This document shows, one piece after another, positions 51,620-64,000 of a DNA stretch of 64,000 nt. The stretch is from Trichosphaerium sp. ATCC 40318. Taxonomy: Eukaryota; Protista; Tubulinea. Every line of letters starts with the position of its first letter. The first letter of the stretch is position 1. The notes under the pieces were generated by a model. That model saw nothing but the letters and a program-made list of their open reading frames with translations, made no database searches and had not been told where the DNA came from. A program made the position numbers and the translations under genes. The stretch lies in contig JALMLS010000159.1 of assembly GCA_038496445.1 (NCBI GenBank), forward strand, positions 53,084-117,083. Reading direction: 5' to 3'.

Positions 51620-54444
51620 TCAGAATTGTGTTGACACAAACCTGGGTTCCTTGTTGTTATCTCCAATTGGCGAGATTGGAAACACTTTTAAGTTCAAGTT
51701 TTTAATCCTCTCTTTAGTGTATCCGTACCTGAGAAGCACCTAAAAAATCCTGTAAGCGTTTGATGTAATATGTAATCGCTGAGTACGTTTTGGATATTAG
51801 TGAGTGGAAAGCATTGTTGTCCAACAGCAGTCGTGAAAGGTTCAAGTAATGTGCTGAACTATTGTTTTTATTAGCAACCAATTTTATATCATAAAAGACA
51901 AAGACTGTTGAGCCAATAGAAAAGAAAGAAACTGTATGCCCTTGATCTGCGGTAGCTCTTTATAAAAAGGAACCTATTTGCAGTGCAACTATTCATTGCA
52001 AAAGACAATTGCAAGTGCAACATTCTGGGTTTTTTCTGGATAAGTTGAGGAACGTACATCAATATTCTCTTGAACTAAGTTACCAGCAGAAACTCTTGTG
52101 TAATCCATGCTATCGGATACGTATGGTATGTCAAGTTTTAAATCGTTTGCTATACGAAATACTGTTAGGAATGACAGTAAAGTTAAAAAGAAAATACCTT
52201 TACTCGTTCTTATCTCATACAATTGTCCAAGCGGCTTTGAAATGTTGTTAGATTTATAACAAGTAGTTTAGTAGTATTGTATGTGTACCGTATCATAAAG
52301 TTTATATTGCTCTGTTGGACGGCGTGTGAGAATGACAGGAGTTCTCACTTTCACTTTTTGAGCAAATGCTGTAACAAACAGTAAGTAGGTTTAGAAGAGT
52401 GTCGCAATGGTAGCACGTGGGTACATTTAAAAATGATAAGATCTGCTGCCAGAGTATACTCAATAGACGCAATATAAGCCACGTCTTGAGGTATTGTAGG
52501 TGGTAAGTTGTGAGGTATCTTCATGTTAACTGTTAGCGTTTTTGTCTCTCCTGGTAGAACTGGAAAACAACTTTCATCTTGTATGTGACATTTCTTCATT
52601 GGTAGAAGTTGATTTCTGGTGTGTATTGTTCTCAGGTGGCTTGCATGAGCTGTAACTAATCCACGTATTTCAACAATCATTTTTTGAACTGGTTCTGAAG
52701 AGTTATTTACGATTGTCTGTGAAGTAAAAAAAAGACTTGTAAGCAGAGATAGTATGGTAACAACGACAAAACTAAATCAAAATGTTTTTTAACGTACTAC
52801 AGTATATGAAAGGTTTTCTCCAATATAACAAGGTTGTTCAACATGCAAATTAAGCGATACTTGACCTTCATTGTACTTATCTAGTAACAGAATAAGGATG
52901 GCAAAAAGAATAAGGCAATCACTAACAATATTAGATTAACGTACCTCCTTGTGCTTTATTGACTTCTATCATTGGAACAGATGGAGGAGGCGTTATCACA
53001 GTGATTTCCTATAAACCATTTGCATACAGTGTTAAGGGTTAAGACGTACCCTTGATTTCACTTTGGGTATTTTGAAGACACCTTTACCAGGTGTTTTTGC
53101 TCGTATTAGATAGTTACACCATGCATGTGCAGCTCTAAATGACGGTGGTACTTGAAGAGGTATAGTAAACTCAAAGGGCCATACATTTTCACCTGCATCA
53201 GCACTTGACTACAAACACGTTTTTAGTAAGAGAGGTAACATTAAATATACATCATGTACCTCTGGAAAAAATCGAAGTGAGTTATAAAAGAAAACAATCT
53301 CTTCTCTGTATGTATCAGTGTGTCTATTATCACCACTTCCCTATGCGAATGAAATTAATATTTTGGAAGAAAACACATTGAACTTACATGTGTTTCTGTC
53401 CACCAACAAATTTGAGCACCTGAAATAATCACTTGCAAAGAATTATTAGAACAATGCCAAGAAAAAAAAAACCACGTGTTTGAATACTAACAACAACTTA
53501 CATTCTATCCAAGGTATCTTTTTCTTCATGGGTAAATTACACACAAGAACTCCTCGAACTGTCTACATAGAAAAGATAAATAAAAAAATAAAGCTAAGTC
53601 ACAACGGTTGGCATTGACGTCTTTGGATAGTAAACACTGATTAAAAAAAAGAAGGAAGGATTTAAGATTGTTGTACCTCTCCAGGTTGGTAAACTTCTTT
53701 TTCTAGCACAGTCCGCATTTGTCCCAAGCCAAGATTAAAGCGCCTTGCGCGACTATATGGCGTCGTTATCAACAACAGAAAGAAAACGAAGTGCAACAGA
53801 AAAAAGAAAAAAAAGCTGTTTTTGTACTTTGTTGATAATGGACCACGTTTGAATGATAGTTTTATGTGCAAATCTATATGTTCACCACTAGCATTTTCCT
53901 TCAAGACAACAGTCAAACATTTTAACCAGTTTTAGGCTTTGTTTGCGTACTGTTAACTTGATATGCTTATCATGAATGCTACCTTCCGTTATTGTATTGA
54001 TACTATGTGTGGTTAGTCGATTAAGCTTAATTAAACGGTTTTTGGTATTACGGAATCTGTATATCTCCTAAATGTCTGTTCTTAAACAGTTTTTTACCCT
54101 TGACGTGAATGAGAAGGTTGTTTTGCTCGCAATCAGGCACTTCCATCAAATATTCTTTAAACCACTACCAAAACGGTTAAAAATGTTACATTACGATTAA
54201 ACGAGCGCAGTTTACGTATATAGAACCTTCAACGGGACTCGTTTCTTTAGTTCGGAATTTTGTGGTTTGGTTTGTCTCACAGTCGAGCGTTAGATTGCAA
54301 AACACTAACGTAGCGATTAAAGGTTGGCATACTGGCTTCTGGCGCACCTTCTCCTTTAAAGGAGACATTAGACACGCTTATAACTTGAATATAAAGCTGT
54401 CCTTGTGTTCCAGAAACGCCAGCGGCAGTAGGTGTCTCAGCCAT
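51620..54444 (-). CDS. C2-like + arrestin-domain protein
   Basis: GQLYIQVISVSNV (C2-like); KEVYQPGE|TVRGVLV; WPFEFTIPLQVPPSF; WCNYLIRA; MKIPHNLPPTI; SIEYTL. Confidence 0.75.
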
Positions 54445-55003
54445 GTGTAATTTAGTGAATGCGTTCTGGTTTTTGGGTTAACCCGATACGAGTTTTGCAC
54501 AAAAAGGAGAACTGTTGAATTGCCCGATTCCTAAAAGTTTGGTACCATCATTCGCATCAGAAAAATGTTATGTTAACTTGACTATTTACTAATCACTTGT
54601 AGGATAGGGTGGGGAGCTGCCTGGGATTCTGGAAAAATCCAAACTTTTTTTTGGGTCAAATATTGTAGAAATCGGGCCTCGAAGGGTTCTTACGAATTCA
54701 TGAAGACCCAAAAAAGCAGCACAATACCCAAACTTCTTAACCTTTTACACATAGTTGGCTCAAACAGAATTTTCAGCAACAGACATGTCACCAGAAAAGA
54801 CCTTATGCATCTCCAGACATGCCTGAAAGCCATTCGCTTAATTGCACTGTATACCCTTGATACGGAACACGGAGGGTATTACTGCCTAGAAAGATATCAG
54901 TACGGCTACCCTTTGAAGTATGTCAGTCAAGAATAGTCATGGTTAGTGCGAACAACATTTATCATAAAACTTCAGTGCCTTGGTTACCCAAGGATTGCCA
55001 ATA

Positions 55004-55924
55004 ATGGAAAACCAACAACGATCAGTTTGTACCAAAAAGAAAAGGATAGTTAAATTTAAACGAGACACTCTACAGTTTACAGTAGCTCTCGTGGGAACAG
55101 CAATGACCATCGAAGCAAAGTCGTTATTCCATAAATACAGTGAAACGCTTTCAGATGACGCTACAGCAGAGGAAATAAGCGAAAAACAATGTAGAACAAC
55201 TAAATACATGTTCAACGTCATAAAATCAGCGAGCGAATACGTAATGTGCTTTTTAACTATTTATCACGTGATTATTTTAAAGAAAGGGAATTTGTTTTTT
55301 CCCAATTGACTTTTTTTTTTTCAGGAAAAAGGATTTTCGTTGGTCGTGGAGTGTCAAGGTGATGAAGTTTTGGTTGAGATTATACACCCTGATGTATTCA
55401 AACAGTTGAGAAAGTTTAATTTAGTTTTACGGCAAGATACAGTTGATAAACAAGAGATAACAGAAGAAGCAGTAAGTGAAGTTTTTCCTTTAACTGAACT
55501 AGTTTTTATCATGATTTGCAAGCACTGTCTTAGTGTTTACTTCCCGCTTTAAGCCCTGAGAGATCAAGTATGGCTACTACGTCGGTTTTGGCATTAAAGC
55601 GGCCTTTGGGAAGCAGTTATTTATTGACTAGTAAAACAAAATTTCGTATTTGTTAAATACTGTTCTTAGGTCATTTCGTTGAGTAGAAGGGTTGAAGATC
55701 TGGAAGAGCAGTTGCTTAAACAAATCCATAAAACAAAGCGGATGGAGATTATATTAACAAATCAATCCAGAGTGATAAAGGAGTTAAAGGAGGAAACAAA
55801 AACAAGAAATGATCCAATAATTGTAAAGAAAAATGATGATTATTCTGTTGGCTCTCTTGGAACAGGTGATTGGTTAAATGTTGTCCTTGTGGCAACTATT
55901 GTGTCACTTCTTGTATTGAAGTAG
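55004..55924 (+). CDS. Head domain + coiled coil + C-terminal tail-anchor protein
   Basis: Three exons in frame; heptads LSRRVEDLEEQLLKQ; C-terminal WLNVVLVATIVSLLVLK*. Confidence 0.6.
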
Positions 55925-56222
55925 TTGCTTAAAGACATAAATGTTGTATCAACCCTGTTTGCACATGAATACGCTGTTAAGACGAATGTACTTTCGCTTT
56001 TGCATGTGGCGTTTGTGGCAAGCATCATCAACTCGTATTAATAAAGTGTAATACACCAACAAAGCCATGCATTAATTTAAACTTGCTTGTACGTTAATTG
56101 TTTGCTTTTACGGTAAAGCAAAGTCTAGTACTTTCTGGCTTCTGAGTCCCACCTTCTTTAAGTTTGTACTCAAAAAATAACAGTTAAGACTTGTAATGAC
56201 GAAATGAAATAATAGTTTATTG

Positions 56223-58496
56223 TTATTGAGTAACACGAACAAACACCCATTGTTGGTCTCCATTGTTAGTAATTGCTGCCATTTTAGCCTAAATTACAAT
56301 GTTAAGCTACATAAATATCAATCACGTGACGTACACTCTGACGTCTTGTAGCGCCAACACCTCCATCAAGTGCTCTTGCAGGGGTATACGAAGGTGTTAA
56401 AAGTGTAAGTACAATGTTGCCACTTAAATCGCTGGTTTATATTACTAGAGCTGCATGCCCATAAGTGTACATTGCTTCCAGGACCACCGCCATCAAGGCA
56501 AAATTGAGTATTTCTCTTTTGGTAAGAAAAAAGACCGTCACCACGTGGTAATTCGATCCAATGTTGGTTGTAGTTATTCACTCTGTAGTTCCAGAGATAC
56601 ACCTATGTAAGAAAAGTCATTCAAAGAAAGAAAACTAAGTATAAAGTTGGAAAGTCACGTGCGTCATTGCCACTTGCTCCACCCTGGTTCCCATCTAATG
56701 CAAAAGCCAAGTTGTTACTCTTTCTGATACTAAACATATTGCTACTTGGCATTGACGTAGGTCCGTTGTATGGTTTCAAACAACCATTTGCAACAAAATG
56801 TTGAATAGTTCCACAGCATTGTGCTTGAGCTTTGCGTGAGAACCTATCAAACTTATAGTCTCTGTAAAACATTGTTAAACAAGTATTGTATTTGTAATTG
56901 CGTAAAATCTTACGGATTATTTGTGAGACCTGCCATGATACCTTTATTGTCATGATTACATCCTGAACTATGTCCAATCTCGTGACCAATACAGCGTCTC
57001 AACCCTGGGGCTCGTTGCCAAGAGCACTGAGCTTTTGAGGAGGTCTATAAAAGATAAGTGAAGTTCTTTTTAGCAATGTAGTACTATGCTGCGTACACAT
57101 AAGTTGTTCGAAGTCGCCGCTCCAGCACGACTTGAATGTTGACAATCGTTCAATAAAATACCTGCTGCGGTATTTGATGGAACATTTAAGTCAGACCTCC
57201 AAGTGTTAAAAGAAGACAATAGTCCTGAAGGGCATTCTCCTGATGCATAAGAACGTGTATTCCATGCTTCAGGTCCTATTATATGTTAGCTTAATAGTTT
57301 TAATAAAAAGAAAAGTGTACCTGAAGTTTCTCTGACCTCAAGTGCTACAACAGTCACGCGAAGGTTCTAGCTAATGTAAGTTACATCTAAGAGTGAGAGT
57401 GTAGATTCAGTACAAAGTCAGATTCGTAAAAGATACCCACATCCATCATTGCTAGCAAATAAATGTTCAGAAAGGTAGAGGAATAAAAGATAGTACCTGT
57501 TTGAACATAAGCCAAAGTTTGAGCAGCAGTTCCAGTCCGTTGTTGAAATCCCACGTTAGCAGCAATGGCAAGAGTGAGTTCGTGTTTTGATTGTGGACAA
57601 GGTAGCTTTGGGGGCGAAAAAGGAAGCGTGTCGCCTTCGGGGATGCCAACCCTGCGAATAGTTGCATTAAAAGTCAAGTAGTACAACTTAAGGCTACGTA
57701 CCTTTTGCTGATCGAGTGTTGGCTCTCCATCTCGCTTTTGAAAGAGCCAGTAGATTCTCTTTTCAGGTGTTAAAAATGGAGAGATGGAACAAAAGAAGTA
57801 CCTCAATAGTAAGTAAGATGCACTTCCAGCTTTCGACAAGTGATTTTGTGACATGAACCTTTTGTGCCTGATAAAAACACGTGTTAGAAGCCCAATGATA
57901 TTTTTGTATTACCTTGATACAGCGTCGAAATCAATACGCTTGTTGTTCAATGTAAAGCCGCCAGTGAAAGTACCATCATCACGTGTGATGAAACGCAAAT
58001 CAAGATGAAAATCACCGATTGCCTTGTACATGTTCGAAGGGATTGGTAGAAACGTCCTGTTCCCTCCATTCTGTACAACAATCTAATACAAGTCAACGAG
58101 AATTCGATGGATAGGTGAGTACGACTGTGGCTAATGAGGTCGTTTGTGTTGGCGTACCTTGGCATCATGAGAAAAGATTGAGTGTTGAACACAAGTAAAT
58201 GTCCAGTTTTTGCCATTTTCGAACTTGAAAATCATCTCTCCTTCACGTGGAAACGCTCTCTTTAATCCATCAATTGGTTGAAATGATACTATACCACGCG
58301 TTAAATAATAATACGATAGCGAAGTACGAGTTTATACTGCGGATCCGTACTTTCGTCGATAACGTCAACATGTTGAGTGTTATCCCAGTACTCTTGGTCC
58401 AGCAACAAACAACTGTCACTAGCGCCACTAGTCGAGTCAGTCAAGATTTACATTTAGGTTCATTTCGCAGTTACGTATAGTAAATATCCTTATCAT
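56223..58496 (-). CDS. Secreted reprolysin-like (M12B) zinc metalloprotease with C-terminal ricin-B lectin domain
   Basis: Signal MIRIFTI|LALVTVVCC; HEIGHSSGCNHD + Met-turn GIMA (in a frame not shown in the ORF track); ricin motifs FCLDGG, NYNQHW, NINQRF, GDQQW. Confidence 0.85.
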
Positions 58497-58879
58497 GAGC
58501 TTATGGTGTTGTTTGAGATAATATTTTGATTGTACTGACACATGTGAACTGGTACCAGGGTATGCCAGGGACACTACCTAATACCTTTTCAAATCGAATA
58601 CACTCAAAATTAACAGTTAGCCTTTTTGGTGTCCATGTAGCCTTTTTATATAAAAAGTACTAGCGGCAGCTAGCGATAGTTCTACCATGACGTCATAAAA
58701 CCGATAGTATCTTGTATTAAACTGCATTGTGGTTAGTGTCAATTGGTTTCATTTTAAAATCAATTTTCCGTAATGACAGTTGGGATAATTTGATCACGTG
58801 ATAAAACTGTTGGTTTTATCGTTATCTATTCAAGACAACATTTAGGACTAGCCCAATAACTTATCGGGTAGATGAAGGT

Positions 58880-59200
58880 AAATACGACTACCACACGGTA
58901 GTTCTTTCCAAGTAGTGGTTATAGTTGTTCGCCCATGTACACCTACATAACATGAAATGCAAAAGAGTAAATTTTATTCAGCAGTTTGACAAAAGTCAAA
59001 TAGTTGTTTGGAACCATACAACGGACCTACGTCATGCCAAGCAGCGATATGTTTAGCATCAGAAAGTGCAATTTTAGATGGTAATGGTGGAGAAGGTGGC
59101 AAGAACGCATGTACCTGACTTCCAATTATAGTTCCACAACTTGTGCTTGAGATATGTATGTATCAGTTTTATCAGAACTTAACTGCTTACGGATTATTTG
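58880..59200. pseudogene. Scrambled relic paralog of the metzincin-ricin gene
   Basis: 59014-59103 matches 56664-56772 inverted; 59128-59199 matches 56806-56922 in direct orientation. Confidence 0.6.
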
Positions 59201-59524
59201 GTTATTTATTTTGTAATTGTAACTACATTAAGTTGGGACTCTAGAACATGCGGTTCTAGAATCTTTCAAAAGCAAAAGTAGTACAACATCACCTAAAAAC
59301 GCACAAATAGTACAATGTTCTCAACTGTGGCAACTCGTATTTAGACTGGCTCCAGCACGTGACACAAATCCTATCTGATATACATGTAAAAGCAGATACA
59401 AGAAGAAATTTCACCATACTAAGACGCAAAATGTCTGATGTTAGAAGAATTCTGTTGACTATGATCTTTTAACTTTCTTTGTACTTTTCTGTTGGTATTC
59501 AAATAGTGTTAATTATAATTTCAA

Positions 59525-62500
59525 ATGGATGTTGAAGGTAATAAGACATATACTACATCGATTTGTACGTTTTGTGACTAAACAATTTTAAAAAGCGCCT
59601 TGGTACTTCTACAACGCACGGAGAGAGTGTTTTCAAGGCGTTCCGAGTTCATTTCGCACCTTGTTAAAAGATATTTCACCAAACGGTACGTTTACAGTTA
59701 AATGTCATTCTGCTAACAAAAAAACGATTAGGAGAAGACGTAGACATAAATAACGATGTTCTTAGATTTTACAAAGTTCGTGTCAAACAGAAAAAAACAG
59801 AAAAAAACGTACTAACTTTTTTTTCAGACAAACGATTCAAGTTTTTGGTGTTACCAGCTTCATGGTGAGGTACATAACACATATATTCAATTAATACAGT
59901 TATTAAAAAATTTTAGTGGGTACCTTATAACCCACGTGATAATCACGTTATCGAAAGAGCGTATCGCAAAAAAGAGAGCGTTTTGTACTTGGATAGTGGT
60001 GTGACATTGTTTCTAACCCAGAATTTACAACGTGTTAATGAAACATGGAGCTTCACTCCAATAAAACGTATGAATGTATTAGCATCAGGTGTAGCTCCAA
60101 AAAAACCTGTATCGATCCCTGCTGTATTGCCAGCACCAAAAAGCCTTGGCATGGAATTTTTTGGCGTTGAATTATCTAAAGATGATAATGCAGGTACATG
60201 CTTAGTTCATTCGCTTGTTAATTTGCTTATGTCCTTCTAAATAATACTCATAGGAGAATATTCTACTGAAGCTGTGTATAAGCTACAACAGTTGCAGAAG
60301 CAAGAAGCAGAACTACAAAAGAAGCTAGAAAATACAATGTTAAAGCTAGCCATAAAAGATGAAGAGCCAAGTGCTTTTGAAGGTAAAACACCTCGACTGG
60401 TCCACTTGATATTTAAATTAAGCGTTAGATATATTCGTTACAAAACCTATAAAATCTACACCACCTCCAGTTTCTGACTTTGCACCAAGTACGCATAAAG
60501 CTACTAAACACACATATGATCATTAACTTTTTTCAAGCACAAGTTGCACCGGCTCAGCCAACTGGTTTTGAAGAACTAGACGACGAAGAAGAAGTCAGCT
60601 TAGTAAGGAAACCTAGAAGGTACTTTGACATAAAGTTATTCACAAGCGGCTAATTATACTAGACGTACTAGGACACCACCAAAAAGTAAAATCTCACTTC
60701 AAACAGATTCCAGGAAAAAAAGGGTACCACATTGTAACACGTGATTTATAATTAACAAATTAAAAACATAGCGTTCTAAAAGTCCAATGGTTGACAAAGA
60801 AGAGCAAAAAGCTGCAGCGTACGTGCAAATAACTTGAGCACAAAATTTTCTTGCGAACTACTCTGTTTGGTTACCAATTTCTGATCTTCTCTTCAGCGAA
60901 ATCGCAAAGATAAAGCAAGAAACTGAGCTAGCGAAGAGGAAGCTATCACAAGAAAGAGAAAGAGTAGCACGTGAGCTCAGAGAAGAGGAAGAACGTCTTG
61001 AAAAATTAAGACAGAAGAGGAAGCAAGAAGAACAAGAAAGGCAGAAAAGGATAGAAGAAGAAAAGAACCGTGCTAATAGTTTGAGACGCTCACGTGATAA
61101 AAAGATTACTAAACCTGATCCTGTAACATCATACGCACCTTCAGAAACTCACTACGCACTTGAGGAAGAAGATGAAGAAGATATCTTTGCAAAGAATCAA
61201 GAAAAAGAGAAAGAAGAGCAAGAAAGACGTTATTTTGAAGAGCAAGCCAGGAAAAGACAGGAAGAACAAGATCGCCAAATCAGAGAAGAAAAAGAGCGAG
61301 AGAGACAACAACTAGAAGATGAGCTTAGAGAATTAGAAGAGCAAGAACGAGCTGCTAAAGCACGCGCAGCACAAGCTCTTCGAGACAAGGAGAGAGAAAC
61401 TCTTGAACGTGCACGTAGAGCACGTGAAGCACGTGAAAGAGAAGAAAAATTACGTGAAGAAGCTGAGAGAAAGAGAATAGAGGAAGAAAGAAAGGCAGAA
61501 GAAGAGAAACAAAGGCAAAGAGATGAAGAAAAAGAAAGAACAAAAGTTTCAACTGAGCAAAAGAAGAAGCAGTTTCTTCAAGAACAGCGTGCTGCTGAAG
61601 AAGATGATAGGTTGACACAACAGCAGAGGTTAAGATTAGAGCGTCAGAGGCAAGAGAAGGAAGAAATGGAACGAGAAAGGGCTAGATTGCAAGCAGTACG
61701 TGATAAAAAACGAAAAGAACGTGAAGAACAACGCAAAGCAAGACAACTCGAAAAACAAGTTACAGAGCCACCAAAGAAAGTTGAAGAACCTACTACAATC
61801 GACGTTGAACCTTTACCAGAACAAGAGATAGAGCCAGAGGATGAACCTGTTGTCGAGAAGCCTAAAAAATACACATATGTTCCTGTTCCAAAATCTTTCA
61901 TTCCTGGAGCCAAACCAAAGCCTAAATCGATCCCAAAGAAGACTCAAACTAAGGTAGTTGTTCCTAAAGAAGAACCAGAAGAAGTTGAACCTATTGAAGA
62001 AGAGGTTGTTGAAACGAAAAAACCAGCACCTCAAAAAAGAAGTGGAAGAAAAATTCAAAGTCCTTTCTTGCAGAATGAGTCTGATACTGCTAAACCTATA
62101 TTCCCTTCTGGTATGGGTGGCGGTGGACCTGCTATTAAAATAAGGACTAGCTCTAATCCAACAAAGAGGGCGCAACCTGTACGGCACATGACAAATAGTC
62201 AATCTTTTTTTTTCAACCTTTTTTTTTGTTCAAATACCACATCCCTCTGATGTTATCAAAGGTTTCATCCAGTGGAAGATCTAGTTCTCCTAGTAAACGT
62301 ACTTCTATTCTCGAGCAAGATGATGAAGACGATATATTCTCTAGAGATGATACAAAGGTATGTTTTACTTTAACATTCATGTATTGTTTTTATTCAACTT
62401 GTTAAAACACGCTTCGTGATTGACCTGTTGGGTTTTTTTTTTGAAGGTCTAACTATATTTTAGCCTAGACGTGGTTCTGGAAGTAGTGAACCAAGGAACC

Positions 62501-63542
62501 CATCAAGAGTACAGTCCAGTGTATCACAACTATCTACTGAAAAAAATGACGAACCACAAAAGCCAAAAAAAGAAGCCGTTGGAAGCCGTATTGCTAACTT
62601 GAGATCTAATTTAGTAAAAAATAGTAAGCGTGGGTTTGTGCCTATAATGGGTGTACAAGCTTATCGCCCAAAGGTACACCTATTATCATTTATGGTGACT
62701 TTTTTTTAGTAATAGTGTGTTTTTTGCTCTTCATTTGTCGTTCTAACAACCTCTTAAGAAACATGATGTCACTGAAGATGAACCTGAAGATACTTCTGAA
62801 TCAAGGCCTAGACGTAAAAGTAGATCTAAAACGTCCAGCTCGCAACCAAAGTCTGCAAACCAATTGACACATGTGCGCACAAACTTGATTTATTACAACC
62901 TGTTTTCTTTGTTCCTTTGTAATTTACTTTTTACTTTTAGCTCACAAGAAACCGTGTAAGAAAGGGCGCAGCAAGGAGACCTCCATCTAGGTTCAAGAAG
63001 GTACAATTGCTAATAACTTAGAAATAACAAGTGGCATTTTATGACATGTGGCATTTAATCTTACGCTTTTTCACCAGAAACGTGCTGCAGAAACAATTGA
63101 TAATAGGAAGATTGATATATTTGATAAAATAATAGACGGCGATGTACGTTAACCCTTTTTTAATTCAGCACATGAAGTTTTTTATTCACAGCAGTTGTAC
63201 CTTTGATTTTTGTGTGAAAAAAACCAGTTTTTTCGGAACATTGGTTTTTACGTTGATAGTTACTAACTGGTTTAATTATAGACATCGCCAGGTGCCTCAC
63301 CTACAAAAGGTCCTGTTGGGTACCAAGTTTGGTATAAAAATCGTGTTGTCTTTACAGGAAAAGATAGATCAAAGGTATAGTTAACCCATTTAAAAAAAAA
63401 CCAATACAACTCTTGTTTACTGTAACTTTAGGTCAAAAAATGGATATTAGATAATGTAGATCCTAAAAATCATCCAAAGAGGGCATCTTTTATCAAAGTT
63501 AAAAAGATATCTAATCCAGAAAAAGTGTACAAAGGAAATTAG
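59525..63542 (+). CDS. WWE-domain, E/R/K-rich helical (SAH/coiled-coil) protein with capping-protein-interaction (CPI)-like motif
   Basis: WCYQLHGE|WVPYNPRDNHVIERAYRKK...LQRVNETWSFTPIKR (WWE-like); long E/R/K tract 60900-61760; LTH|LTRNRVRKGAARRPPSR. Confidence 0.7.
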
Positions 63543-64000
63543 TGTAGAACAAAAAAAAAATAATAAAAAGGTGATGGATTTCGTCACTACTTAATGTACC
63601 TAGGAGTTCACACAATGGTACTGCTTACATTCCACATAGTACATAATTCCACGAACCAACTGTTACGCTCGTTCCCTGTGTCTAGGTGGCAGCACGTCCA
63701 AGGAACTGTCAAAAAGAAAGAATTCACTTTTTCTTGTGTTGCCAGATTTGTAGCGCATCTCTAGTGTACGTCGTTTTACGACCTTTTCTTTCCTGTAACG
63801 TTTGAATGTGAGAGTAAGTGTTTTACAAGGGATACAAGAACGAAAACTACGCGAGTTTCTATACAGTTCCACAAATGGAAAGAAACTGCCGAATTTAGGC
63901 AAAAGCCTTTTTTTTTTATGCTGGACCAATTGCAGAACAGTTTACACTGATTGGGAGGTTCTACAGAGGTGAAAACGTTCACAGTGTACATTATATCGCG

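Noticed and set aside
54540-54940. Relatively GC-rich spacer with a 78-aa ORF as a transposon fragment
   Set aside because: No TIR, TSD or recognisable motif.
61355-62202. Antisense ORFs over the E/R/K-rich exon, and similar shadow ORFs elsewhere
   Set aside because: They result from codon bias on the coding strand.
63575-64000. 3' end of a minus-strand gene at the window edge
   Set aside because: Probably real, but truncated and without an identifiable motif.

Overview
AT-rich, gene-dense, intron-rich eukaryotic DNA, probably from a protist (possibly amoebozoan, but the taxon cannot be fixed from sequence), using the standard genetic code. The ORF track mostly shows exon fragments, so about 25 spliced gene models were rebuilt by hand. 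They include a cytochrome P450, two Ras-like and one Rho-like GTPase (all with altered catalytic motifs), a GH79 heparanase-like enzyme, several F-box proteins, a nucleotidyltransferase-MATH protein, a KH protein, an INTS10-like protein, a P2B Ca2+-ATPase, a QRT3-like beta-helix enzyme, an F-box/E2 fusion, a lysophospholipid acyltransferase, a C2-arrestin, a metzincin-ricin protease and a WWE/helical/CPI protein. There is also a hAT-type MITE and a ~7 kb segment bounded by inverted repeats. Most notable: (1) at least 70 copies of the palindrome CACGTG (>10x expectation) in exons, introns and spacers, overlapping several GC-AG splice donors; (2) two clear U12 minor introns (one AT-AC) and one probable one in the Ca2+-ATPase; (3) the inverted-repeat-bounded cassette holding two degenerate GTPases; (4) an F-box-like domain fused to an E2 lacking its catalytic Cys. 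All exon models and counts are manual and unconfirmed by transcripts or database searches.
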